From NCBI RefSeq assembly GCF_002571385.2, contig NW_019217905.1, forward strand, positions 124,070 to 188,069: 64,000 bases of DNA, written 5' to 3'. This DNA comes from Stylophora pistillata (lineage: Eukaryota). Shown here piece by piece: positions 13,801 through 25,800 of the stretch (within the stretch, counting starts at the first letter, position 1; each line of letters begins with the position of its first letter). The notes under the pieces are model-generated. The model saw only the letters and a program-made list of their open reading frames with translations, did not search any database and was not told the DNA's origin. A program made the position numbers and the translations under genes.

Positions 13801-16800
13801 TTTCTTTTTTTTGTTTGCGTTGCATATTTTATTTGCTGCAGTATTTTTTGTTTGCGTTGCATTTTTTTATTTGCTGCGGTACTTTTTTTCTTTGCGTTTT
13901 GATTTTTTTATTTGCTGCAGTATATTTTTTATTTGCTGCAGTATATTTTTTATTTGCTGCAGTATACTTTTTGTTTGCGTTGAGCCTTCTGGGCCACCGT
14001 AGCTTATCGAAAAAGTTATTGAAACTTCTGCTAGTGTGGAAGAAAGGAGACAGAGATTTCACAGAGAGAAAGAAAAAACAATGCAGCACGATACCTTCTC
14101 TCCCGTCACTCACAAAGTTCTCAGTCATTAGGACAATACCAGCATTCTAAGGAAACAACGAAAAGCGATGGTAGAATCATTGCAACTTTTGAGGAGAAGC
14201 TGTATGGCTGTACTTTTTTCTATCAAAGAATCTCAGAAAATTTTCAAAAAGTTGCGATGCCTTTAACTCGTCACCAGCTCTTTACTAGACGAATATTCTT
14301 TTAAACTCCCGCTATCGTTTCATTTTCAAATCTAGTTCGCCTTACAACTCTTTTCAACAGCCACGAAACAACTTTCGGGATTTAAGAGTATCGACTCACC
14401 TAGAAAAAGGATTAGAAACTGATCAATTTTTGGAAAATTGGAAATGGAAATAGAAAATTGGGGATATATTTCGTCCATTTGTAGTCTATCTGGTAACACT
14501 ACCAACCTTAAAAATGTCTTTGTTGTTCCTTCCTCCTCCTACACCACAACCAAGATCAAGTCACTCCATGGCCTTGAAAATCTGGGAAGGGAAACACAAT
14601 GGTCCGGTTATTTACACGAGGTCTAACCCACTCCGTTTTCTGCATGTAAACACACACAGCCGCTCTTACGAAGGGCTAAAGCTCGAATTGTCAGCTTTAT
14701 AAAGTCTTTACGGTGGCCAATTTACATTATCAAGTCAGTTGATAAAACTAAATTATCTTGTTATACACCCCGACCGACGCAGCACCGCAGTTTCTAAAGA
14801 AACTTCCCTCCCCTTTATTCATTGGCAGTGAAATACTTCACTGTTTTTTGACTCACTGATAATTTGGTAAGTCCCCGACGTCATCCATAAGTCCCCCCTC
14901 AACAAACACACAAAAACCATCTACATGTACCAGTATTCCCTCTTCGTAACGGGACTGAGTCCGCCATTTTAGTGAAATACATTGACAAAGAAACTAGCAA
15001 CATAGACGAATATTTCAACTGCAGCATTGTTAAGCGACACCACTCACCCTTTCCTTAGTGAGTCTGTTCTCGTTCCTCAAAAGGTACACGCTTTGGTCCA
15101 CACTAAGAAGACCCAGACGTGTCCCTTGTGGGGCCCTGACTAGCAGTCGGTAATGATTCCCCGGGAGTTGTTCCACTTCGTTGAGTTGCACCAAACTCCC
15201 GTCGGACTGCTGCTGCCATGCATCTGGAAATTCGACCTAATGTTGACAAAATGCGGTAAGTATTGTATAGGTATAAGAAATATAACTGTAAGAACAAGAA
15301 GTATTAGAAGTATGGTTATAGGTTGAGGGTATGTGAAAACGGAGGGCCCACGTTCGCCGATTTACTCAAGTAATAAACATGGAACTTCTCCATAAAATAT
15401 CCATACATCATTCACCAAAGAGGTAATGAGAATAATGAAACTTATCAGGTAGATATTTTTATCTTGATCTAACACCAAATTCTCTTATCTAATTTAAAAG
15501 GAAATGTGTAGCAGCTGGAGGGACAATCACATTTCGGGATTTAAAAGGCTACGACGACCGTTCTTATTTCTGCGAACACAAACTTTTCACAAAAATTAGT
15601 GCAGCTGTTTTGCGATGCAATGAAATGAAAAAGGTAATCATGAATCACAACGCAACACAAGTATTCATTTCTCTTTTTATGAACAATTTTTTTGGAAGAT
15701 TGCGGTTCAAATTAAAGATACAAGAAGTCCTTTAACCACCCAGAAGAAAATGAAAACCCTTTGACGGATTTTAAAGAAAATTCTTTCCCGCTTTCTTTAT
15801 ACTAAATCTTTTTCCCTCACCTCGGTGGGAAGTTTGTCATCAATTCTGAGCAAAATGCTGTCAGCTACAACTCGTTCGTTGCTGTCAATGTAATAACCAA
15901 TCAGACGCGCTGATGGTGACATTTCAGGAGTGACACGGAACGACCAACTTTTAAACATGCCGTCAAAATTGTTTGTTGTGTTGTGAGATATAATTCGTCC
16001 ACGAGACACAACCTGAAATCGAACTTTTCATATTAGACAAACACAAATCAGGCGCTATTGGAACTGGAGTGTGAATGGTGAGTTATCCATTCAGAAGAAC
16101 GAAAAGGTGCCACATCAGAACTAACATCTTTAAAAGTGTATGGCTGACAGAAAGGAGAATTGCATTGAGATCTCAGGAATAAAAGGGTTATCCATTGCGC
16201 ACATGTACTATCCTCGACAGCGTCCTCATCAGTGTACAGTCAACGCGGCAAAGGTGAGAATTCAACCTACCGCAAACGAAAGTTTAGCAGCAGCGTCGTT
16301 GCGGTCTCGGTAACTTTCACACTGTATTTTACGGCCAACCTACGAAAAAAAGGGCTAAATAAGCATGTTTTTATTTACGACGGACGAAGTCTGTGGTTTG
16401 GGGTAGTCTGAGAGTCAAACTAACCCAGGATTGCACTGGCTTCGCAAAAAAGGCAGGACTGCTCGTAGTTCATACCGCGTGATGACATATTTTTCTGATT
16501 GGTAATAGCAGGCTTTGGTTTCATGACACGCAAACGAAAAGCTCTCTATCAAACTATTCATGGACCAAGCTGTAAAACCACTTATCAAAACGTTCATATC
16601 AGGACTACAAACTCAGTGGACAGTTTGATTTGCCTTTCAATCGGCTACCTCCGCGAAAATCATTTTCGTCCCAGTCGATAAAATATGCATATACCTGCAG
16701 AAAAATATCTTTGTGAGTGTATATGCAGTTCTAAAATGAGCGAACGAAAAAATTGTGGAGTAGCGCTATCTCAGCTAGTATGGCCTTACACTGCTATCCG

Positions 16801-19800
16801 GGGATCACGAGTAAAAATCTGACTAAAGCCAAATGGTCATCTGCTGTTCACGATTTGTCTTCCAGCTCCTTCGATTGAGAATATCACGTGAGGATCTTTA
16901 AGACGAGCGGGGTTAAGAAGGTGTCTACTGCCAGAAAATCTTGAAATGTAAATCACTAAGGGTTGATCAGATAGTGAAAGTTACCTTTCCATGTGTCAGC
17001 TGGCGCACCATAATCAGCGGTCCGTTTTCTGCGTCAAATGGGGTCACCACCTTATTGGCCACCGCATTCTGTTCAGGAGTTAGTTTCTGGTTGTCCGTTT
17101 TAACCTAATAAAAAAAAAATTAATTACGCACCAGTCTCATACTGGACCGTGTGTAAATCTCATAATTATCACTTTGCCGGGTACTGTGGCGTTCTTTTGC
17201 AGGCTAAAATGGAGATTTTGGCCAGCCAAAATACTCGCCATCAAGTGATTGATCAAACTATTTTGCTGCCCTTTTTTTCTTCATTCGGCGGCTCGGGTTA
17301 AAATAACTCTGAGCTGGGTCCAAAACATAATTATTTACAATCTCTATTGTGTTATTACAGAGAGAGAGAGATTACATCTTCTGACCTACTAGATCAAAGA
17401 GGATGTTGGGTGGTGGTGGGTCATCATTCATATCAATACTGGGAGGCGGTGTGGCCGAGTGGTTAGGGTGCTGGACTTGTAATCCGGTGTCCCGGGTTCA
17501 AGTCTTTCACCCTATTATTCATTAGATTTGTTCTCGGTTGCCCCTAGTTCAACTCCTCGGCTGCGCTCTGTAAATAGCCCACCAGTGGGGATTCTTAAGC
17601 ACTTAGTTAGTCTACATTGTGGCTGAAAAGTCCCTTATGGGGAGCTTCAATTTACGTATTTATTATTTATTATTATTTTAAATCTTACAGTTGCAATTTT
17701 AATGTTTTAGTATTTTGCCAATTGATTTAGAGGCTTTATTTTAAACTGGATAATACATTGACAAATTGCTTAATTCTTCCACCTATTCATTTATCAATGA
17801 ATGTTACAAAAAAATTTCAACATTGAATTATCAGCCCCTTAAAGACTGCAATGTGACAGAAGTAAAGCTCTGGCATCTATTACTATCAAAAGAGTTTGGT
17901 GGATATCAAATTACAGTCAACTTTTTGTTGATTCAAAGCCAACTCAATTTGAAATAATCCAAATGGTTTTGAACGCACAATACATAATCTTTTTAGTTAT
18001 TACCCTACAGAAAGATGGATGAATTACGCTCACTGTGTTTGATCTAACCTTAATATGAATTTCGTCACAGTCTAAACAAGCATCCACCACAAACTCAACC
18101 TCTCCATTTTCATCTGTTAAGTCTACTGAATTGGGGTCTCGATCCTCTCTCCTCAAATCATTTTTAGCATCGCCTTTTATCCCTTGGGCAGAAATCAGCA
18201 TTGGAACATTCTTAGCTGGCTTTTTGTTGGGATAGGTAACCAAAGCCTAGAATACAATCGCAGCAATTATATCAAAATCTGCCAAACATTGCTAGAAGTT
18301 ATGCATTATTACTTTTATATGAAGAAACTAAAGTACATGGAACTGAAGATCCTTTCTGTGGGCCATGACAGTCCATGTGCTTTTCATTCTCATGACAAAA
18401 GACCAGATTAGCACACAAATCACCCTTTTCCCAGACTTTACTTGATTGTCAAGTGTAAAAGACCTTAGCCTATTCTCTGTTGAGTCACACAGTTTTTTTA
18501 ACTCAAAGTATGAGAGCTTCAAGACTGAATTTAACTGTATTTTTGGTAGATTTTGCCCTCCCTAGACCAATTAACAAGTAGAGTTACAAAATAATGTTGA
18601 ATTCCTGGAATTCCTTCCTCCTTGCCTCAACCTACTTTTTTTTAAAGGGGGGGGGGGTGAGATTCAACACCATAAAAAGGACTACATATGGTCATTTTAA
18701 GCAATTAGAAGCTACTATTTTTTTGTATGTTGTCTCTAAATTTTGAGCCAAAGTATTTCAAAGAGCTGTTATGTAACAGTTCTTACCTTCACTACATACC
18801 GCAATCCCGGTTTAAAGTATCTTGGCGTGTTTTTGAAGGCAATGCGGTAAGGGCTTGATGTAAATTGGCACGTCCTATCCTCAACTGTTGCCGTGTTACC
18901 TGTCACCAACTCAACAACATCAACCTGAACCAGAAGTCTGGCTTGCAACGGGAACCAGATTTTCCCAGGGAGGTCTCGGATCATCTGGACCCGTCGTGGT
19001 ACAGTAGTAACCCCACTGCTGTGGAGCTGAGTCAAAAATGGATGGAGGTGAATAGTGACACAAATATTGCTAAAAGAACAACTCTCTTCAATGAGCCAAT
19101 GAGTGAGTGAGCCAGTCAGTCACTAACTTAGTCAGTCGATCAGTTGAGATCAGTCAGTCAATGAGTCAGTGAGAGAGCGAATGAGTGATTGAGTGAGAGA
19201 GCAAATGAGTGCTTGAGTGAGTGAGTGAGTGAGAGAGTGAGTAAATGGGTGATTAGTCAGCCAGTAAGTCAGCCAGTAAGTCAGTCAGTCAATCAGTGTA
19301 TCAGCCAATTGATAAATAAACCCCATATTCTGTTCAGTCTATCAATAAACTGAACAAACAATGACTTAGTCAGTCTGTCTGTCTGTCAATCTAATCTGAT
19401 CCTTGTGTTATAACCTACCATGATGGTTTGCGAATCAAACATTATAGTTTGACCATCAAGACCCACTATAGACAAAGAATATTTAGCATTTGCCAGGACA
19501 GGTTTCCCATATGTGTACCTTGGAAAAAATGAACAAAGAGAGATGTGACCATGGGTTAACTTTATTTTGATTTCAAGTCAAAACAGCTAAAAAAAAAAAA
19601 AAGATTGGTTACCCTGTAAACCAAATTAAAATGTGGCATCCAATATGAATTGCCATTGTTCTGGACTTACTAGCCTTTCACACATGTGATAATCCTTTTA
19701 CGTTTCCATGTAAAGACGAGGCTAGTAAGTCCAGAACAATGGTAATTCAAATTGGATGCCATATTTCAATTTGGTGAATGGTGTAAAATTAAAATTGTGC

Positions 19801-22800
19801 AACAAGGAAGGAAAGAGTTCAAACAATGACACAGAACTTGCTTTTAGCTTTCTTGTTTATCAACTTCAAATACTCCACCCAGTTTTTTTCTGTTCACATC
19901 CAGACATTTATTTAAACATTGGAAATTTCTAGTGGGCCACTTCCTAAGGAGAGTTGTGATTCTCTGATGCATATGTAGTCCCTCACTATCACAGCAGAGT
20001 TCTGTCGGCAGTTTTCTTTAAATCTCATGTGTTTTTTTGTATGATACTTGTGCAAGAGCTGAGTGATAAGATTTGAGTTGACCACAGACTACAAAGATTC
20101 CACACTTCAAGCCAAACAGTTTAAATCCAACAAATTTTACTGCTATGTGACCACCACAATAGCACCTTTGTCACTGCCATATCATGGCAAAAATCAAGAA
20201 AATTTAATCAACGGAGTAAAAAAAATTGAAGTGGAAAAAGAGAAAAGGCCAGCAACAAAACAGATTGTAAATTAGCAAGAAGGCTTAGCTGCTTTTCAAA
20301 TTTGTGGCTTATATTTTGCCCTTTTTATGTTTCCATTTATTGTTTTCTCCTCTTCTCTACCTTAGCAAACAATAATACTCAAGTAAAATTTGTTGGATTT
20401 AAACTATTTGGGTTCAAGTGTGGAATCTTTGTAGTCTGTTATCAACTCTAATCTTATCACTCAGCTCTTGCACAAGTATCATACAAAAAAACACATAACA
20501 TATAAAGAAAACTACCGACAGAACTCTGCTGTGATAGTGAGGGGCTATCACTAAATTTAATCAACGGAGTAAAAAAAATTGAAGTGGAAAAAGAGAAAGG
20601 CCAGCAACAAAACAGATTGTAAATTAGCAAGAAGGCTTAGCTGCTTTTCAAATTTGTGGCTTATACTTTGCCCTTTTTATGTTTCCATTTATTGTTTTCT
20701 CCTCTTCTCGACCTTAGCAAACAATAATACTCAAGTTCCCTAAAGTTTTAGCAAAGGTCTAGTGATCAAAGAGTTCTCTTAAGCTCAATAGTAGAGCATT
20801 GGTGCACAGAATAAAAAGGACTGATATTTTATCCTTGCAGTGGGTACACAAGTTTTCTTTGTCCTACACTTTCGACTAGATGAATAAAACATTTTTTTTC
20901 ATGACTTAGCTCAAACTTTACCATCTTTCTCATTCTCTGTTACATTATTCTCTGAAAATTTCAAAAGAGCTACATTGTCTTTTAAAAGTATCTCAGGTTA
21001 GGATAGTGTTTGTTTTGGTAACCAAGTTATCTCTTACCTTGCAGTAATATTGATCGTGAATTCATTATCAGTTTTCAGTATGTAAGGTGGCACTGTGAGT
21101 TTCACCGAGAACTTGGGAAGCACTAAAATATTAAAGAAGTACGCAACGTTTAGCATGAGAAACATCAAGGAACTGATTGAGCCCTTCAATATGTATCCTT
21201 ACCATATTCTTTCACTTCAAACTGCACAGAAGTGTTGTGGATGTTCTTTGAAAAAAAAAGAAAAGAAAAAAAGGAATAAAGAAAAAGAAATTCAGTCAAT
21301 GACCACGTGTAAAATGCTTTTTCTTTTTTTATTTCATGTGACTGAAATCATTCTGTTTTAAGTTGAAATCTGTATTGTTTTAATATCACTGTTATTGACT
21401 GGGACAAAGATGTGATCCAGAGAAAACTAGAAAATGAGTAGCAAAGTAGAAATCTAACTTATCCAATAACATGCATCCAACTTGGTTTCGGAATTACGGC
21501 ATTACATATTTGTTCATAGAGTAAAAGATTTGCCATATTACCATCATTGAAGACATTTAAAGAGCTTAGAGAACTGGAATACCTGGTGACCGTAAACGGC
21601 TGTTATGGTCCAATTACCATGGAGTACAAAGTCGCCCAGTTCGAGTCTTTTTGATATGATACCTTGATAGGGAAATAAATTTATAAATTAAGCATGTCGA
21701 TCCCAACATCCACAATCAGTAACAGCCATAACACAATCATATAAAGAAACCTTACCATCATTTGCATTACTTGACAACCACCGAAACAATATTTCATCAC
21801 GTATTTAAACAGTAAAGACACCTTCCTTGAATTGCTGGGTGATTAAGACACGTAAATCATATTTTGAAGTTTACTGTACGTTTCATTAAGCAAGCCGCCA
21901 TTTTGAAATAGCCCGCGAGGAGCACGTGACAAAAACATGTTGGGTCTGAAGATTGATCACACTGACATTGCACGTAAAAATTCCGCATCTTATTCAAAAA
22001 TTAACTATCTAGCCCCCTTATCTACAAGTTCAGTTCTCAAAACAATTTCCGAAACACAACTCTTTCGAAAAAGTGAAGACGATAGCAAGAGATTAAGTAG
22101 AAAAGTAGTCGTGGTATATTCACACGTTTCAAAAAAAAAGAATATCAGTCGAACATGTGGCTAATAAAAGAAGAATGGACAATATGTACGTCTGGTGGGA
22201 CCTTCTTATACATCTCTCTAAAGGTTTGACAAGGAACAATTCACACCTGTAGTGGTATCCAAGTCTTTCCACTGTTGTACACGGACACCCTGTGGATTCT
22301 CAAAAAGAAAAGTATCACCATAAATTAGGTTAACAGGTTTAGGGCCAAACTCTTTTAAAACTCTGTAAAAGAGGTTGCTAAAAAATTATGTTCCAAAAGG
22401 GTCAGTCGCTTTGGTTAAAGGAGTGTGCTGTGATTAACGAATTCTTCATCGTTCAAACACTCAGAGGGGGTTAAGAAAAGGACACTGTTTGCAAATAAGA
22501 CGTAGTTGGAAGCCATCACGTCTCCAGCAGCGTCGATCTCTTTATAACCTTTCTCTTTATAACTCTTTATAAACGAACGCATTAAAAAATAAACAAAAAA
22601 CAAGCAGTAAATTCTTACCATAACTACCACGGTAATCTATAAAGAAATAAGATGTGTGGAAGTAAGATAAGTGTCGAGAAATAAAGATGCCAAAATACAA
22701 AACAAAAGGTTAGTTTGTTCGAAAAATCTTCATAGGGAATTTTTCCGTTGTCTGCCAACTCTTAGGGTCTTTCAATTATTCTCGTTTGTGTGCCCAATGT

Positions 22801-25800
22801 TTCAAATTTAAGCAAAAAAAAAAAGCCACCATACAGCTACCTTTACATTATCAAGGGTTTAGGGTTTAGCTTTGAGAAGAGGGATTCCTAAACTCTCTGT
22901 TACAAAAGAGTGTTTTCAGAGCAAGTAGGATTTGATTGCCGTATGAGTTTTAAGTTGATTCTGATGGGCAAAATGATATGTAAGGAAGACTGAAAGTATC
23001 ATGTAAATTTAACAAATCGACGGTTGTTTAATCCACAACATTTTAACCACTGTGATGACAAATATCATTGTCAATAAGAGTATAGACCATGCTTAACCAC
23101 TGTCGATTTGTTTGTGGCCAACTCGAAAGCTATGCTACTTTGGTCACTGTGCACATTTTACTTTTGATTATTGATGTAATTTACTGTTTTTTTTATATAT
23201 TCTGACTTTTATAATCTGTAGTAACCTCTTGAAATAGTGCGAATAAAGAGTTTCCTTCCTTCCTTCCTTGTACCACAATATGATTATCGATGTCAAATAT
23301 AAAACGGTTCTTCCAGTGCGTGACACGTTTCGTGATATGTGTCGTGACAAGTTGACGCGAGAAGCCCTGTCTGTACATCGACAACGTCAAATTGGCCAAT
23401 CAGATTGTGACGTTACTGCCGATTGTGGTGAATAGTGTACTCACCTTCCGCCTTGATGGCTTCATATCAAACTCGAGCGGCATCACTCTGATTTTCACTG
23501 TTTAAAAGAAAGAAATTTGAGTTAGACTCAGTTCACATGAGGAGTGAATAGTGAATTTCCTTTTCAAGGTTCGGTCGAAGGGGATCATTTGTAATATCTT
23601 ACCACTCTGTCTCGGTGTGTAGATGGGTTTGTCGGTCTGTATGAATACCACGCCGTCTTTGTAACTCAAAAGAATCTTTGCTTCTTTGTGAAACTGAAAG
23701 TGGCCATCGTCTGACTTTGCAATCAGATAAACATACTGTTTATCAACAGAGTTGGGATCTGAAAGGTCTTGCGGATTCACCTTGAGTGGGGTAAAAGGAA
23801 CAGCAGTAAGTAACAAACAAAATTCTACTTTTAATTGAACCTCAGATAGTACCTACTATTTTATATCTGGACCGCAAAGCCCTATTTTCTCTCAAAAAGG
23901 CCTCTGCTTTGCCATAAAAATATCTTGGTATAAGAATAAGATGTTTTTTTACATAAGGAAACACTTAGGTTTTACTGAGCTGGTACTTTCCCCTGACGTT
24001 AGAGAACACTTACAACATATATTCTTTAATTTTAACAAGATAACCTATACATTACAGAATAATCGAGTAAACTTGTCATACCTTTACAGGCAGAAAAACG
24101 CTGTTATCTGGAGAAAGGAAAATAAAACGATAAGACTTTGCATTATGTTACATGAAAAGATATATTTTTTCTCAGTATCAACCAATATGAAGTTACCGTT
24201 TGAAACAACTCCTTGTACTTCTGAGAATGTCTTTCGTCTGTGTGGATAGTCCTGTAGATACAACTTCACTGTTACCAGTTGTGGTGCGTCGAACACCGTC
24301 ACTGATACCTTCTCTTGGACACCAATGTGAAACACATTTGGAGCCATTATAGAAAACCTGAAATGATAAAATGAAAGATTGAAAGATAAATTTTCAACCA
24401 AGTTTCATGAATTACTCCTGAGATTACTGGCTCTTCGTCTCTCACATTCTTTAGAAAAAAAAATTTTTATTATCAATAACTACTAATTCTACTATGACCA
24501 ACAATATACGGCTCGTCAACATGTTCATTGTTTATCATATCTATAATCTAGATTTATTGATCTTGCGCTGCTTATAAGCCTTTATGCCTCTTATTTGGTT
24601 TCCTCACCATAGTCTTTTTTTCTAATCTTGATCAATTTTCGTAAATCGTAGTAACATATGAAATGGCAGATAAAATCAATTATAACATAACCAAAGTTAA
24701 GCGCGCGCTCTGATTGGTCAATTTAGCGTGCCCCATTTGCCCGTGGGTGTGCGCTGCTGACGTGAGCAAATGCAAAGACTATTTTTCCGCGCGCGCTTGT
24801 TTTTTCTGGTCACGTAAGACTTGTTAAATAAAAGGGAACTCGTTAGCTTCAATGTATCAATGTTATGTTATAAAACAAATGGTAAACACCACAGCGTACA
24901 CTATTGAGTTATGGATGCACTTGGAAGGTTTGCTAAGCACTCAAGAAGCTAGAATCGTTCTCGGCTATCGCCTCGCGCGACTCTTACGCTTCTTTCGTGC
25001 TTAGCAACCTCCCGCGTGCATCCATAACTCAATAGTGTACGCTGTGGTGTTTACCATTTGTTAAATAGAAAAAATAATTAACACGCTTGCGGCTTGATTG
25101 TATTAAGAACAAAAACCCCTACATTCTGATAATTGTCTGAAAAACAAAAATCCATTGATTTTACACCCTTTTTGACTAGACAAGAGCATATCATCACTGT
25201 TACAGATTACGCCATGAATGCGTTCAAATTTACAAATGAGTTCAACACTAAATAAGTTTACAGAGCCCAAGTCTATTAGCCGTCCTTCTTAACCAGGCAG
25301 CCTCCCCTGCCCCATTCAAAACGGAGAATTTTGAATGACGAACCTCTCTTACTCATGGTCTTATTCGTAGGGAACTTATAGAGCAATGTATGGTTAAAGT
25401 ATACAGATTTTTTTTCCTTAATTAAATGAAATCTAGCTTCAGAAGAAGGTTTGATATAAAGAGGTCAGTATTATATTAGAAAATATGAAAATACATATCT
25501 CATATCATTAAAAAGAATTATTTGTTATAACATTTAATGCGGCGCTCTTGCAGAGAATGAAATAAACATCCTCTTAAACGCCTGAATACATCCATGAATC
25601 AAAATTTAATTCAAAAATCAACATTCCGTGAAGGTTCATGTGAATTCGCCATATTTTTTGCTTTGCTATTGCCCGCCAAATGACCCACGCATGCTCCCGA
25701 TATTTGAGAAAAAACAATACTTTTACTTCCTGAGACGCCTACACGGTATTTGGAAAAACAAGATTACAATCAGCTACAGCACTTCTGGACGAACAATTAA

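Noticed and set aside
13289-14150. Several Phe/Lys-rich ORFs and a CRISPR-like look of the short repeats
   Set aside because: They are translations of transposon TIR subrepeats; there are no unique spacers and the context is eukaryotic.
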